NCBI GenBank assembly: GCA_944320495.1
Contig: CALUHR010000005.1
Location: forward strand, 1-64,000
Length of the DNA: 64,000 bases
From: Candidatus Methanomethylophilaceae archaeon
GTDB taxonomy: Archaea; Thermoplasmatota; Thermoplasmata; Methanomassiliicoccales; Methanomethylophilaceae
Direction: 5' to 3'
Position numbers and translations under genes: made by a program. Shown here one piece after another: positions 1 to 11,360 of this stretch. Each line of letters starts with the position of its first letter. The first letter of the stretch is position 1. The notes beneath the pieces were generated by a model, which did not search any database, was not told the origin of the DNA, and saw only the letters and a list, made by a program, of their open reading frames with translations.

Positions 1-1
1 G

Positions 2-586
2 GAGCCCGACTGCCCCATCAGGAAACTCGTCGTCCCCATCGAGGGAGCCAAGCACGGAGACCGTGTCAGGTACATCCAGTTCACCGACTCCGTCTACTTC
101 GCCCCCATCTCGCCCTACCAGAGGGCCTGGATGTACCTCTCCAGGTACAGGGGAGTCGACACCGGAACCCTCTCCGGAAGGCAGATCATCGAGGTCCGCG
201 AGCGTGACCTCGAGGTCATGGCCAAAGAGATGATCGACAACGAGACCTTCGACCCCGCCCTGACCGGAATCAGGGGAGCCACCGTCCACGGACACGCCTG
301 CCGTCTCGACGAGCACGGACTGATGTTCGACGGCTGGCAGAGGTACGTCTGGGACGACGAGAAGAAAGAGGTCGTCTACGTGAAGGACCAGGTCGCCATC
401 CCGCTCGACAGGAGGATCTCCGTCGGAAAGCCCGCCGCCATGTCCGACCTCAAGAAGAGGACCACCATCTTCAGGGCCGACGGCGTCGACATGAGGGATG
501 ACAAGGAAGTGACCATGTACGGTCTGAGGATCCACAAGCTCAGGACCCTGGGCGGATACCAGCCCTGGACCGTTAAGGGAGAGTGA
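2..586 (+). CDS. mcrG: Methyl-coenzyme M reductase gamma subunit (5' partial)
   Basis: Frame is open from window start: [10 protein letters not shown]...RYIQFTDS...[16 protein letters not shown]...[13 protein letters not shown], typical McrG motifs; ends in TGA. Confidence 0.97.
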   Translation, partial: EPDCPIRKLVVPIEGAKHGDRVRYIQFTDSVYFAPISPYQRAWMYLSRYRGVDTGTLSGRQIIEVRERDLEVMAKEMIDNETFDPALTGIRGATVHGHACRLDEHGLMFDGWQRYVWDDEKKEVVYVKDQVAIPLDRRISVGKPAAMSDLKKRTTIFRADGVDMRDDKEVTMYGLRIHKLRTLGGYQPWTVKGE

Positions 587-591
587 TTTTC

Positions 592-2250
592 ATGGCAGGA
601 AAAGAGAAGCTGTTCATGGAAGCATGCAAGAAGAAGTTCAAGGAAGAGCCCACCGACATGACCACCAAGTACTACTGCTACGGTGGTTGGAAGCAGTCCA
701 AGTCCAAAGTCGAGTTCCAGAAGACCGCCATGGAGATCGCCAAGAAGCGCGGAATCCCCATGATGAACGAGGACATCGGTGTGCCCCTCGGACAGAGGAG
801 CTGGATGCCTTACCAGCTCTCCCACACTGAGATCTTCGTCGAGCCCGATGACCTGCACTGTGTCAACAACTGCGCCATCCAGCAGGCCTGGGACGACATC
901 AGGAGGACCATCCTCGTCGGACTGGACTCTCCTCACCAGACCATCGAGAGGAGGCTTGGAAAAGAGGTCACCCCCGAGACCATCAACACCTACCTCGAGA
1001 CCGTCAACCACACGATGCCCGGTGGAGCCGCCGCTCAGGAGCACATGGCCGAGGTCAACCCCGCCCTCGTCTACGACTCCTACGTCAAGGTCTTCTCCGG
1101 TGACGACGAGCTCATCGACGAGATCGACCCCAGGTTCGTTATCGACATCAACAAGCTGTTCCCCGAGGAGCAGGCCAAGCAGCTGAAGAAAGCCATCGGC
1201 AAGACCCTCATGCAGGCTGTCCGCGTCCCGACCATCGTCGGAAGGCTCATGGACGGAGCTACCGTCTCCAGGCACGCCGCCATGCAGATCTCCATGGCTT
1301 TCATCTCCGCCTACAAGCTCGCAGCCGGAGAGGCCGCCATCGCCGACTTCGCTTACTCCGCGAAGCACCAGTCCCTCAACATGGGAACCATGATGCCCGC
1401 CAGGCGTGCACGTGGACCCAACGAGCCCGGTGGAATCCCGTTCGGATACATGGCCGACATCGCCCAGTCCGACAGGAAATACCCCGACGACCCCGGCCGC
1501 GCCGCCCTCGAGGCTGTCGCCCTGGGAGCCGCCGTCTTCGACCAGGTCTACCTGGGAGGATACATGTCCGGTGGAGTCGGATTCACCCAGTACGCCACCG
1601 CCGCGTACACCGACAACATCCTCGAGGACTACGTGTACTACGCCATCGACCAGATCAAATCCAGGTACGGAGGGTTCTGCAAACTGGACCCCGCCAACAT
1701 GGACGAGGTCATGAAACTCGGTGACGACATCAACGCGTACGCTCTCGAGATGTACGAGCGCTACCCCGCCGTCATGGAGACCCACTTCGGTGGATCCCAG
1801 AGGGCCACCGTCTCCGCTGCCGCCACCGGTATCGCGGGAGCCATGGCCACCGGAGTCGCCGATGTCGGACTGAACTGCTGGTACCTCTCCATGCTCCAGC
1901 ACAAAGAGAGGACCGGAAGGCTCGGATTCTACGGATTCGACCTCCAGGACCAGTGCGGTTCCGCCAACTCGTTCGCCTACAGGTCCGATGAGGGTCTCCC
2001 CATGGAGGTCCGTGGACCCAACTACCCGAACTACGCCATGAACGTCGGTCACCTCTCCGGATACACCGGTATCCCCAAGGCGGCCCACGTCGCCCGCGGA
2101 GACGCCTTCACCTGCAACCCGTTCGTCAGGGTCGCCTTCGCCGACCCCGCCCTGGTCTTCGACTTCGCCGATGTTACCAAGGAGATCGGACGCGGTGGCC
2201 TGAGGGAGTTCGTCCCCGCCGGCGAGCGCAGTGCGGTCATCAAGGGCTGA
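592..2250 (+). CDS. mcrA: Methyl-coenzyme M reductase alpha subunit
   Basis: [57 protein letters not shown] and [11 protein letters not shown] motifs; ATG at 592. Confidence 0.99.
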   Translation: MAGKEKLFMEACKKKFKEEPTDMTTKYYCYGGWKQSKSKVEFQKTAMEIAKKRGIPMMNEDIGVPLGQRSWMPYQLSHTEIFVEPDDLHCVNNCAIQQAWDDIRRTILVGLDSPHQTIERRLGKEVTPETINTYLETVNHTMPGGAAAQEHMAEVNPALVYDSYVKVFSGDDELIDEIDPRFVIDINKLFPEEQAKQLKKAIGKTLMQAVRVPTIVGRLMDGATVSRHAAMQISMAFISAYKLAAGEAAIADFAYSAKHQSLNMGTMMPARRARGPNEPGGIPFGYMADIAQSDRKYPDDPGRAALEAVALGAAVFDQVYLGGYMSGGVGFTQYATAAYTDNILEDYVYYAIDQIKSRYGGFCKLDPANMDEVMKLGDDINAYALEMYERYPAVMETHFGGSQRATVSAAATGIAGAMATGVADVGLNCWYLSMLQHKERTGRLGFYGFDLQDQCGSANSFAYRSDEGLPMEVRGPNYPNYAMNVGHLSGYTGIPKAAHVARGDAFTCNPFVRVAFADPALVFDFADVTKEIGRGGLREFVPAGERSAVIKG

Positions 2251-2531
2251 TGAAAGTGAAGGTCGGAGATCTGCTGAAGTACACCCCCACGGCGACTGTG
2301 GGGAAGGTGACCGAGATCCGCGAGAGGGACGGGAAGACCTGGGCAAGACTGGACTTCACCGACCTCTGGTACGACTCGGGCCTCCTGGTCCCCGCCGACC
2401 CGTCGGAGTACATCAAGGTCTCCTTCAAGGAGCGCAAGTCCTCCGACGGTGGCCGTCAGGCGCTGGAGGATCTCCAGAAGGAGCTCGAGGAGGTCGATAC
2501 CTCCGAGATGATGCCTTCCGGAGGTGGATGA
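2250..2531 (+). CDS. DUF2098-family protein (MCR activation complex-associated)
   Basis: TGATG-coupled to mcrA; VGDLLKY-TP-TATVGKV...W...D...Y pattern; acidic C-terminus ending SGGG. Confidence 0.75.
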   Translation: MKVKVGDLLKYTPTATVGKVTEIRERDGKTWARLDFTDLWYDSGLLVPADPSEYIKVSFKERKSSDGGRQALEDLQKELEEVDTSEMMPSGGG

Positions 2532-2552
2532 GGGCCCCTTGCCTTCACAAAA

Positions 2553-2609
2553 CCCCTTACGCAGGGGCAAAACCCTGCGGCAACCTCCCTTCCTTCTCTC
2601 TCCCTTCTC
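2553..2609 (+). terminator. Putative mcr operon terminator
   Basis: Hairpins CCCCT-tacgc-AGGGG and GCAGGG-gcaaaa-CCCTGC, followed by a long pyrimidine tract. Confidence 0.4.
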
Positions 2610-3307
2610 AACCACTCTGTCCGATACGGTCATGTCTGTCCCGATGTGTGGATAACATGCATTACAAAGATAACAGTGAAAAATCATCCTATAACCGATG
2701 CATGGGCGACCATCCGGTCAATCCGCAAGAGACGAGATGATGGGGAATGATCTGCGTAACAGAAAAGGCCGCGATTGAAGCTGCGCTGACATGGCATCGG
2801 TGAGGCTGGACATCGAAGGGCCGTACGGCCCTACGGAGGGTCATTCACAGACGCGCCGAGAAAGGCAGGGACATCAGGAACCGTCGCACAGGACGTCCGG
2901 GCCCACTTGGCAGAAGTCATGGTGGGCCGGGACGCTTACGACTGCCGGATACGGAAAAGAGACGCGACGGATTCAGATACACGAACGTCCCCGAGATTCG
3001 AGTTCCCTCGCGACGACAATGTGCCATGGAGGATCGCGGCTTCCGTGCTCCAACCCCATGCCAGCCCGGCGTCTCCATCCTCTTCAGGAGTTCCGATGCG
3101 GAATCGACCATGTGATCCATGTGCTCCTATGAGTGAGAGCCAGGTCTACGACGAATGCGGGTTTTCCTTCGGCGGACTGCAACACGGCGACACTTATGGA
3201 ATCAGATCTGGATATAGACGTGAATCCGGATGACCGCAACTTCAGTGAGAAGGCCACGGTAGTCGGGACGATAGAGTGACATCTGAATCGCCGCGCATGA
3301 GACGCCG

Positions 3308-3883
3308 TCGGTGCATCAGATCCATGTAGGCCAGTATCAGATCCACAGCACCATCTATGCCTACGGGACCTGTGTCCACGGTCAGATGATAGTTCGACGA
3401 ATCGGCCCATCTCCTCCCAGTGTATCTCAGATAGTACTCATCCCTGGACCGGTCCTTCGAGCTGATACGGGCATAGGCATCCTTCTCAGATATCCCGTTC
3501 CTTTCCGCAGACCTCCTGATTCTGTCAGACACTGGGGCCGTGATGAATACATTGAGGACGTCATTGCGACCAGAAAGGACATAATCTGCACATCTTCCGA
3601 CGAAGACGCACTGACCCTTCGATGCCAAAGAGCGGATGACATCACTCTGCACTTCGAACAAGGGATTGGCCGTCGGAATCCCGCCGAAGAAGAGATTCGA
3701 GCCTGTCCTGGCCCTCTCCTCCATCCGCTCCGCATCTTCCACCGGGATGCCCATGCGGTCTGCAGTCCCCTCTATGACCGACCTATCGTAGCACTCGACC
3801 CCGAGCCTTTCCGCGAGAGCCTTCCCGACCTCGCGGCCGCCGCTCCCGTTCTGCCTTCCGATGGTCACTGTTAGATCCCTCAT
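3308..3883 (-). CDS. Cytidylate kinase-like family protein
   Basis: TIGRQNGSGG P-loop variant, VFVGRCADYVL, YHLTVDT. First in-frame CGA is at 3308-3310 after ILAYMDLMH; the standard-code ORF runs to 3242. Confidence 0.85.
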
Positions 3884-4389
3884 GCTCTCGCCCCCGTGGA
3901 CTTCAGAACCCTGATGTGCCTTTGCTTCATCACATAGCGTGCGGCAGGCTGGGCGACAAGCATCTCGACCCAGAACGCCACACAGAAGTTGACGGGCCAG
4001 TTCCCCGGCCATGCGAATATCGGATCAGCGGTCAGCACCCCTTCCATGAGATGTCCGACGGTCGGACCGACCACCGTCATGATCATGGACATCATCAGGA
4101 CGCAGGCGATGATGTTGAACACGATCTTGGTGTAGAAACTGTCGCCCGGCATCGTGAACCTGCGGACGAACATGTCAGCGACACGACCGACGATGAATGT
4201 CATGAGCAACATGACTATCACGACGAGCAGCGGGACCGTCGCAAGTCCCATAATGATAGTCTCAACCGTCATGCCACCCATCGTCCTGCAGAGATTGAAC
4301 TCGCACATGATGGTGGCCGTGATGATTGCAATCACCCCTCCATAAAGGATGCCATCCCTGTTGTTCCATGGTAGCCTGAGCTCTTCCAT
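3880..4389 (-). CDS. DUF2798-like membrane protein
   Basis: Four hydrophobic segments, WPGNWPVNFCVAFWVEMLVAQP motif, GAGGT RBS before ATG 4389. Confidence 0.65.
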   Translation of the reverse strand: MEELRLPWNNRDGILYGGVIAIITATIMCEFNLCRTMGGMTVETIIMGLATVPLLVVIVMLLMTFIVGRVADMFVRRFTMPGDSFYTKIVFNIIACVLMMSMIMTVVGPTVGHLMEGVLTADPIFAWPGNWPVNFCVAFWVEMLVAQPAARYVMKQRHIRVLKSTGARA

Positions 4390-4608
4390 CGACAGACCTC
4401 CTACCGGACGTCTGTTTCCGGCCTCATGGCCTCCCGATTTACGACGGCTCCGATCGGCAATCACTTGCCATAAACGCCCAATGCGGATTCGTATAAAATC
4501 GAGACCCGACAGCCAAATCCGAGACGCGTCCTATAATGTCTCCATCCCGTGCTATGATGTCCGGAACGGAAACAGATGGACGATATCTTCCAACAGAGAA
4601 TGGTGAGT

Positions 4609-4643
4609 CGAGGGGCCGGAGCCCCTCGAGGCCGAAAGGCCTC
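4609..4643. terminator. Twin hairpins at the end of the upstream minus-strand operon
   Basis: CGAGGGGC-cgga-GCCCCTCG and GAGGCC-gaaa-GGCCTC. Confidence 0.45.
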
Positions 4644-5289
4644 AGTTTATCTTGTCGAGGACAGCCGCCTCCTTGGCCTTGATGGCCGCGATGGACTCGT
4701 CAAGGTCGGGGGCGGACTCCCCGGGCTTGAGCCTGTTGAATGCCACCAGCACCGAGGCGAGCTTCGGGTTGTCCTCCATCCCGTAGTACTTCCTGATCAT
4801 CAGGTCGCACGTGGGGGCGGGACTGCAGGAGATCACATCCCTGCATCCGTTGGAGGGGTTGAGCTCGGGGAACGACACAGGGGGCATGATGAACGTCTCC
4901 CCTCCGTCGGCCTTTACGGTCGGGAACAGTATGAAGCCGTCCGAGAGCCAGACGACATCCTGCTTGTCGGCGTACTTCTGCGCCGTGAACGGGAACACCT
5001 CCTCGCCGATGACCTCCCCGTTGCCGGACAGGAGGATGACGGTGGGCTCCGGCGGAGGCCTGAACCTGGGGTCCTTGACGATGCATATGACGCATTCGCG
5101 ATCGAGGGCCTGGTTGAACCCCTCGTTGTCGACGTCAATGTTCCCCATGGCGCGGACCTTTGCCTCCTCTTCCTTGACCTGGTTGAGGATGTCCGCGTCC
5201 AGATAGAACGCGTGGACGACGCCCCTGAGACCGCGGACGATCTCGAGCTGCTCGTCTCCCGGCGCATCTATGTCGATTGTCATGTTCAT
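4642..5289 (-). CDS. Conserved hypothetical protein (Cys-containing, about 215 aa)
   Basis: Host-like codon usage; last gene of a 3-gene minus-strand unit; ECVIC and GCRDVISC..PTC motifs. Confidence 0.8.
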   Translation of the reverse strand: MNMTIDIDAPGDEQLEIVRGLRGVVHAFYLDADILNQVKEEEAKVRAMGNIDVDNEGFNQALDRECVICIVKDPRFRPPPEPTVILLSGNGEVIGEEVFPFTAQKYADKQDVVWLSDGFILFPTVKADGGETFIMPPVSFPELNPSNGCRDVISCSPAPTCDLMIRKYYGMEDNPKLASVLVAFNRLKPGESAPDLDESIAAIKAKEAAVLDKIN

Positions 5290-5298
5290 CACCCTGGA

Positions 5299-5649
5299 TC
5301 ATTTGAGCTCGACTTCCTCTCCGTCCTCGACGAAGCGGATGACCGAGTCCCTCTTGAGACCGAGGTCGCCGGCCACCTCGAGCGCCTTGACGATGCCCGC
5401 GGGGACGGGACAGGCCGTGTGGGGGATGGCGTTGGCGGCGAGCTTGTAGACGGATGATTTGTCGAAGGGCGCCTCTACCTCGGCATAGGGGCTCATGGGT
5501 TCGAGCTTCCAGGACATCTTGAGGATGTTCGGGCAGTCGCTCTTGATGTCGATCTCGATGAGACCCATCCCGTTGTCCTTGGCGGTTATCAGGGTCTTCA
5601 TCTTGCAGACCCCAGCATCGACGCATACTCTGCAGTCAGTCATTGTCAT
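5299..5649 (-). CDS. DUF6951-like small Cys-rich protein
   Basis: DAGVC...KSDCP...HTACPVP motifs; GGAGTGA RBS. Confidence 0.7.
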   Translation of the reverse strand: MTMTDCRVCVDAGVCKMKTLITAKDNGMGLIEIDIKSDCPNILKMSWKLEPMSPYAEVEAPFDKSSVYKLAANAIPHTACPVPAGIVKALEVAGDLGLKRDSVIRFVEDGEEVELK

Positions 5650-6610
5650 CACTCCTCAGCCTAATCAGATTGTTAATTCCTGCCATTGTCCTGATATCCA
5701 CCACGCCGATGGCCGCGATGATGCGGTTGTCGAGCTCTATCGGCGTGACGATGACCCTTATGCCCTTGTACGGACCGGACGTCGCGATCTTGCGGATTGT
5801 CGTACCGACGTTTATGACCTCCTCCAGGACCTGTCCGGTGTAGGCGTTGTCGATGACGGCGCCGTTCTCGATCCTTATTCCGAGATTGTCCCTGCTCTTG
5901 GCGCATACGGGGAGGCCTCCGACGAGGTCGTGGATGGCGAATGCCAGGGATATCAGCTCGTTCCCCGTGTTCTTGGGGGTGAGGATGTCCTTCAGGTCGC
6001 GGTTGACCTGCATGCCACCCATGATGGCCAGACCCGCGGTGACCGCTCCGAGCTCAGCAATCTCGGCGGTGGGGCCGGTGCCGATGATGATCACATCCTC
6101 GTTCTTCAGGGCGAACAGGGCGGAGATCTTGCTCGAGAGGGCCTCCTCCACGGGATAGTCCGAACCCGGGAAGATGAGCCTCCCGTCCGTGTACACCAGG
6201 GTGGTCGCGCCTGTCGCACCGGAGCGTATCGCGGCGTCCCTCTCCTCGCAGCCGAACTTCACGCTCCCTGCCTTCTTGGGAACGCGGACGGCGCAGTCGT
6301 GGTCGCCGATGGTCAGGTCGCTTATGGAGATCGGGGCGATGTCCATGTGGTAGTTCCTCTTGATGTCGGCACCACGGTCGGTGAGCAGGATCCCGCTCTT
6401 GCCGATGGTTATCATGCCCTGGTCCTGGAGCTGCGAGAGGATCGTCCTCGTGCTGCCCTCGCCTATCCCGAGGTGCTGGGACAGCCTCTTCCTGCCGACC
6501 GGCTGGCTCTCGTCGAGGCACTGGAGGGCCTTCCAGATATGGTAATCGTTGAATTTCGGGACCGGTCCGCCCAACCGTCCGGACTTCTGCATCATCGTTG
6601 GATGCACCAT
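5636..6610 (-). CDS. Winged-HTH + DUF4443 + DUF2111 fusion, putative transcriptional regulator
   Basis: N-terminal GGPVPKF...GRKRLSQHLGIGEGSTRTIL HTH; ERDAAIRSGATGATTL central domain; C-terminal GGLPV...GPYKGIRVIVTPI...AIGVVD domain. Confidence 0.75.
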   Translation of the reverse strand: MVHPTMMQKSGRLGGPVPKFNDYHIWKALQCLDESQPVGRKRLSQHLGIGEGSTRTILSQLQDQGMITIGKSGILLTDRGADIKRNYHMDIAPISISDLTIGDHDCAVRVPKKAGSVKFGCEERDAAIRSGATGATTLVYTDGRLIFPGSDYPVEEALSSKISALFALKNEDVIIIGTGPTAEIAELGAVTAGLAIMGGMQVNRDLKDILTPKNTGNELISLAFAIHDLVGGLPVCAKSRDNLGIRIENGAVIDNAYTGQVLEEVINVGTTIRKIATSGPYKGIRVIVTPIELDNRIIAAIGVVDIRTMAGINNLIRLRSDDND

Positions 6611-6739
6611 GTATCCAATATATGAGCATTATGTTAACTAATGTATACTTGTTAGTGTATTGAACCGTTTTATCCCAATCGGGGCAGTCCGTCTAAACAA
6701 GGTTAACGCGCACTTACCGTTCGGGTTGTTCCAAGATAG

Positions 6740-6747
6740 TTTATATT
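6740..6747 (+). promoter_or_regulatory. TATA box for the atwA-mcrC-mmp operon
   Basis: TTTATATT about 22 nt upstream of ATG 6769, in an AT-rich divergent intergenic region. Confidence 0.5.
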
Positions 6748-6768
6748 GGCCCATGGGTTGGGCGGTTC

Positions 6769-8379
6769 ATGGCTCAAGAGTCGGCAGAACTTCTGGTCAT
6801 CGAGAACGTATCGAAGACCTTCGACGGAAGGCGCGTCCTCGACAACTTCAGCGCCACGCTGTCGACCGGGAAGATCCTCGGTCTGATTGGCAAGAGCGCA
6901 GCCGGTAAGAGCGTCCTGATCCACATGCTCAGGGGCAGCGAGGAATACGCCCCGGACGAGGGTCGGGTCATCTACAACGTCAACCGTTGCTGCAAGTGCG
7001 GCAACCTGGACCTCCCGATCGCGGGGAAGCCCTGCAGCAAGTGCGGAGGCGAGACGGAGAAACTCGCCGTCGACTACTGGTCCCTCAAACCGGACGACAG
7101 CCTGAGACAGGCGGTCAAGGCCCGCGTCGCCATCATGCTCCAGAGGACCTTCGCCCTGTTCGGAGACATGTCCGTGGTCGAGAACGTCATGGAAGCCATC
7201 CCCGCCGACATCACCGGCGAGGCCAGGACCAGGCGCGCCATCGAGCTGCTCGAGCTAGTCAACATGACCCACAGGACCACGCACATCGCCAGGGACCTTT
7301 CCGGAGGGGAGAAGCAGAGGGTCGTCATGGCGAGGCAGCTGGCCAAGGAACCGCTGTTCTTCCTCGCCGACGAGCCCACCGGAACGCTGGACCCCACCAC
7401 CGCCGAGATCGTCCACAAGGGTCTCGTCGACTACGTCAGGAACAACGGCATCTGCATGGTCTTCGCATCTCACTGGCCCGAGGCCATCGAGAGGATGGGG
7501 GACGACGCCGTCCTCCTCGACGGAGGGAAGACCCTGGAGCACGGGACCCCCAAGGACGTGTGCCAGACCTTCATGAAGGACTACCACTTCGACGAGAAGA
7601 AGCAGGAGGGCATCCTTGGCGACCCGCTCATCGTGCTGGAGGACGCCAAGAAGCACTACTTCTCCGTCGTCAGAGGAGTCGTCAAGGCCGTGGACGGCGT
7701 GAGCTTCGAGATCAGGGAGAGGGAGATCTTCGCCCTGGTCGGATACTCCGGAGCAGGCAAGACCACCACCTCCAGGATGATCGCCGGAATGACCCCCGCG
7801 ACCTCCGGCTCCGTCAAGATCAAGATCGGCGACGACTGGATCGACATGTCCGAGAGCGGATTCGCCGGCAAGGGAAGGGCGACCCCGTACATCGGGTTCC
7901 TCCACCAGGAGTACACCCTCTACCCGTTCGACACCATCCTCCAGAACCTGAGCACCTGCATCGGCATGAAGATGCCCGCGGAGCTCGCCAAGATCAAGGC
8001 CATCCAGGTGCTGGTGAGCGTCGGATTCGACAAGTCGAACATCGAGAACATCCTCTACGCCTACCCGGACTCCCTGTCCGTCGGCGAGCAGCAGAGGATC
8101 GCCTTCGCCCAGGTCCTGATCAAGGAACCCCGCATCATCGTGCTGGACGAGCCCACCGGAACCATGGACCCGATCACCAAGACCATCGTGGCGAAGTCCG
8201 TCATCCGCGCCAGGGAGACCCTCGGAGAGACCTTCCTGGTCGTCAGCCACGACATGGACTTCGTCATGAACTGCTGCGACCGCGCCGCCTTCATGAAGGG
8301 AGGCAGGGTCGTGTGCCTCGGGGAGCCGAAGGAGGTCCTCGAGGAGTTCAGTATGGAGCCCGTGCCGGAAGGTGAATGA
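6769..8379 (+). CDS. atwA: Methyl-coenzyme M reductase system component A2 (double ABC-ATPase)
   Basis: Two ABC domains ([32 protein letters not shown]) plus a CxxC...CxxC Zn insert; no TM segments. Confidence 0.96.
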   Translation: MAQESAELLVIENVSKTFDGRRVLDNFSATLSTGKILGLIGKSAAGKSVLIHMLRGSEEYAPDEGRVIYNVNRCCKCGNLDLPIAGKPCSKCGGETEKLAVDYWSLKPDDSLRQAVKARVAIMLQRTFALFGDMSVVENVMEAIPADITGEARTRRAIELLELVNMTHRTTHIARDLSGGEKQRVVMARQLAKEPLFFLADEPTGTLDPTTAEIVHKGLVDYVRNNGICMVFASHWPEAIERMGDDAVLLDGGKTLEHGTPKDVCQTFMKDYHFDEKKQEGILGDPLIVLEDAKKHYFSVVRGVVKAVDGVSFEIREREIFALVGYSGAGKTTTSRMIAGMTPATSGSVKIKIGDDWIDMSESGFAGKGRATPYIGFLHQEYTLYPFDTILQNLSTCIGMKMPAELAKIKAIQVLVSVGFDKSNIENILYAYPDSLSVGEQQRIAFAQVLIKEPRIIVLDEPTGTMDPITKTIVAKSVIRARETLGETFLVVSHDMDFVMNCCDRAAFMKGGRVVCLGEPKEVLEEFSMEPVPEGE

Positions 8380-8999
8380 GCATGAAACAGAAGATGGGGA
8401 GGTACCTCAGCTTCGTGGAATGCAGGGAATCGATGGGACTCGGCGTCGGAGGCGGCCTGGCCATGAGGGCCACCATCTCCGAGTCCGGGAGGGACGTCGT
8501 GGCCATAGCCATGGGTCCCGGCAGGAGGCACATCACCAAGCCCGTCTGCGAGATCACCTACGCCCTCAGGGAGGAGGGGATCGACACCAGCGTCCTCGTC
8601 GTGAACGCCGGGTCCGGCGTCCCGTCGGACGCCCCCGACATGACGACCGGGTCGTACTTCGGCCTCGACCCCATCGAGGCGGAGCGCATCCAGCAGTTCA
8701 AGGTCGCTCTGATCCACCTGGGCAACGTGCGCATGCACATCATCTACAAGGCGAGGCTCATCCTCAGGAACGTCGACATCCCCGCCATCATCGTGGCCCA
8801 GTGTCCGGTGGACTTCGAGGACTTCGCCGCCATCGGCGTGAAGACGTCCCGCGTCATGCCCCCGGACGACAAGATCCAGACCAAGGGCGAGATCGTGGAG
8901 ATCGTGACTGGCGTGGTCAGGGGGGTCACCACCACCCAGGACAAGCTCGACGAGATCGTGTCCAAGGTGCAGTCCATGCTGCCGGAGGGATCCAGATGA
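8376..8999 (+). CDS. mcrC: McrC, MCR operon protein C
   Basis: [16 protein letters not shown]...[12 protein letters not shown]...NAGSGVP...HLGNV motifs. Confidence 0.95.
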   Translation: MSMKQKMGRYLSFVECRESMGLGVGGGLAMRATISESGRDVVAIAMGPGRRHITKPVCEITYALREEGIDTSVLVVNAGSGVPSDAPDMTTGSYFGLDPIEAERIQQFKVALIHLGNVRMHIIYKARLILRNVDIPAIIVAQCPVDFEDFAAIGVKTSRVMPPDDKIQTKGEIVEIVTGVVRGVTTTQDKLDEIVSKVQSMLPEGSR

Positions 9000-10510
9000 A
9001 GGTCACCGTCAACGGCGTCGAGAAGAAGCTGAGGTCCGGTGCGACCCTCAAGACGGCCATAGCGGGGGAGCCCTACGTCAAGGGGTCCCTCATCGCGATC
9101 CACCTCTCCGAGGAGCGCGTGGTCAAGGAGACCAGGGACTTCGAGATCGAGACCGATGCGGGAACCATGGTCCTCCGCCTCAACGAGACCCCCGAAGCCG
9201 AGATGTGGAGGTCCATCGCCATGGGCATGGAGGGCGTCACCGCCAGATGGGTCACGCACGACATCGCCTCCTTCGGAAGCTTCCCCACGGACCTCCCTAC
9301 GGACAGGGGCGAGTACCGCTACCGCACGTACGACTGCTTCCTGGCTCTGGGTGGATTCGACAACCACACCACCTACATGATGATCGCCAGGGACAACCAC
9401 ACCGGGTCCTACGGGGCCGGGCAGGCTGTCATCGGCAGGATCACCGTCGGAAGGCACATCCTCGACCACATCAGGGAGGGCGACGGCATCAGGTCCGTCC
9501 GCCCGATGATGTCCGAGACCAGCAGGGAGAACGTGGACGTCACGTCCGATCTGACCTACAAGCTGGAGGACGGCTACAGGATCGAGACCTACATGGGCCT
9601 CACCCTGGACCACCGCTCCCCCATATCCGCAGAGCACGCGCTCATCCTCGCGTCCCGCGGATACATGAACATCACCGAGTCGACCGGCAGCTTCGCCGCC
9701 TGCTCCGACGACCTGGACGTGGACATACCCGTCGAGGACATCGGCGTCAGGGAGGTCGGCGCGGTGACCGTCAGGAACGACGGCATCGGCAAGGGCCGCC
9801 TCTACGTCTACAGGGAGAGGCGCCAGCTCTCCGAGGTCCACAACACCGCGGGTACCGTGTCCCAGGGCCGCGCCATCATGAGGTACGCGCCGAAGGACTC
9901 CATGGTCACCGTCGTCGCCGAGCCCGCCAGGGCGCTGGCCGTCGGCATGACCATGGCCGAGGGCGAGGCGTTCCTCAGGGGCAGGGGCATCTACCCGTGC
10001 CGCACCGGGGACGTGGCCGACGACGCGATAATCGTGGAGCAGACCCCCGAGAGGACCCTCGAGGCCATCGCCAACGGCGAGGTGGAGATATTCGGAATCC
10101 CCAGGGAGAAGGTCTTCAAGATCAAGGTCAACGACAAGGACGCCGTCAGCGCCCACTACTTCAGGAAGGTCACCGGCCTCAGCCACAAGCCCATCGGCAC
10201 CCTGAAGGTGCAGTTCACCTTCGAGGGGCTCCCCATGGTCACGTTCTACGGGGACGAGGTCCGCGGGAAGAACCTGTACCCCCAGGACCCGTTCAAGCGC
10301 GTCAAGCGCGGGGACATCGGCCTGACGAACCAGGCCAGGCCCCACCACGGACTCATCGGCATCAGGCTGGAGGACAGCAAGGAGTTCGGCCCCACCGGAG
10401 AGGAGGGGTACGGTACCAACATAGTCGGGAAGTTCGACGACGACCTCGACAGGCTCATGAAGGACCTGGAGGAGGACGACGTCGTCTACATCACGGAGGA
10501 AGAGATATGA
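8996..10510 (+). CDS. mmp3: Methanogenesis marker protein 3
   Basis: ATGA-coupled to mcrC; [29 protein letters not shown]...TNIVG C-terminal motif. Confidence 0.9.
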   Translation: MKVTVNGVEKKLRSGATLKTAIAGEPYVKGSLIAIHLSEERVVKETRDFEIETDAGTMVLRLNETPEAEMWRSIAMGMEGVTARWVTHDIASFGSFPTDLPTDRGEYRYRTYDCFLALGGFDNHTTYMMIARDNHTGSYGAGQAVIGRITVGRHILDHIREGDGIRSVRPMMSETSRENVDVTSDLTYKLEDGYRIETYMGLTLDHRSPISAEHALILASRGYMNITESTGSFAACSDDLDVDIPVEDIGVREVGAVTVRNDGIGKGRLYVYRERRQLSEVHNTAGTVSQGRAIMRYAPKDSMVTVVAEPARALAVGMTMAEGEAFLRGRGIYPCRTGDVADDAIIVEQTPERTLEAIANGEVEIFGIPREKVFKIKVNDKDAVSAHYFRKVTGLSHKPIGTLKVQFTFEGLPMVTFYGDEVRGKNLYPQDPFKRVKRGDIGLTNQARPHHGLIGIRLEDSKEFGPTGEEGYGTNIVGKFDDDLDRLMKDLEEDDVVYITEEEI

Positions 10511-10929
10511 GCGCAGAGAGGGAGACCAGGCTCCTCATGATTTCGCCGAGCTCCATGCTCACACCGGACCAGCTGGTCCGCATGGTCCACTCGTTCGGCC
10601 TCACCGTCACGGTGAAGGAGACCTGCTACGGATGCCTCATCGAGGCCTCCGCGGAGACCGCGCGCGAGGTGCTCTCCCGCGTCAGGGAGAGGTATCCCAA
10701 CGAGGTCTTCTCCAAGGTCAGGGCCTACAGGTGCAGCGACCCCGTGAGATGCAGGGCACAGCACGGCACCAGACCCGGTTACGCACAGCTGGAGGAGGAG
10801 TGGTCGCTCCTCCCCAGGATACAGCACGGCCTCGAGGAGGTCGAGAAGGGGGCGAAGTACGTTCCGCCCGCCGAGAAGAAACGCATTCCCGTAAACGACT
10901 TCAAGAAGATCTGCGAGGCTCAGCGATGA
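10507..10929 (+). CDS. mmp6: Methanogenesis marker protein 6
   Basis: VKETCYGCLIE, RCRAQHGTRPGYAQLEEE motifs; ends CAG CGA TGA (CGA 10924-10926). Confidence 0.9.
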   Translation: MSAERETRLLMISPSSMLTPDQLVRMVHSFGLTVTVKETCYGCLIEASAETAREVLSRVRERYPNEVFSKVRAYRCSDPVRCRAQHGTRPGYAQLEEEWSLLPRIQHGLEEVEKGAKYVPPAEKKRIPVNDFKKICEAQR

Positions 10930-11360
10930 AGGTGTTCATAGATCCGCCAAACAGCCTGGTACTCTACGACCTCGTGGAGAGGTTCGGTCACCAGCCGCTC
11001 AGCGCCATGGCGGCGATTCAGGAGAGGGTAGACAACCTGGAGGTAGACATGCCTCCGATGAACGTGTCCCTGGACGACGTCGTCAAGGGACTCAAGTACG
11101 CCGGTGTGGAGGTCCCCTCCGGCATCCGCGGGAGGCTCGCACTCTGGGGCCCCATGATCGAGGAGGCCGATGCGGCCATCATCATGGACGACTGCCCCTA
11201 CAGCTTCGGCTGCGTCGGATGCGAGAGGTCCAACCTCATGGTCAAGTACCTGATCAAGAGGCGCGGCATCCCCGCCCTCCACGTCAGCTACCCCGAGGAT
11301 GACGAGCAGGCGACCAACTTCGTCGCGCAGACGAAGGAATTCCTGGAGGGACTTCAGTGA
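10926..11360 (+). CDS. mmp5: Methanogenesis marker protein 5
   Basis: [39 protein letters not shown] motifs. Confidence 0.92.
   Translation: MKVFIDPPNSLVLYDLVERFGHQPLSAMAAIQERVDNLEVDMPPMNVSLDDVVKGLKYAGVEVPSGIRGRLALWGPMIEEADAAIIMDDCPYSFGCVGCERSNLMVKYLIKRRGIPALHVSYPEDDEQATNFVAQTKEFLEGLQ

Noticed and set aside
2610-3300. Short ORFs in the gap after the mcr terminator (2791-3132, 2907-3233 and others)
   Set aside because: No recognisable homology, atypical codon use, mutually overlapping; may be a degraded remnant.
8372-8995. Apparent 208-aa N-terminal extension of Mmp3 (712-aa ORF)
   Set aside because: It overlaps mcrC in another frame; the real start is the ATGA-coupled ATG at 8996.
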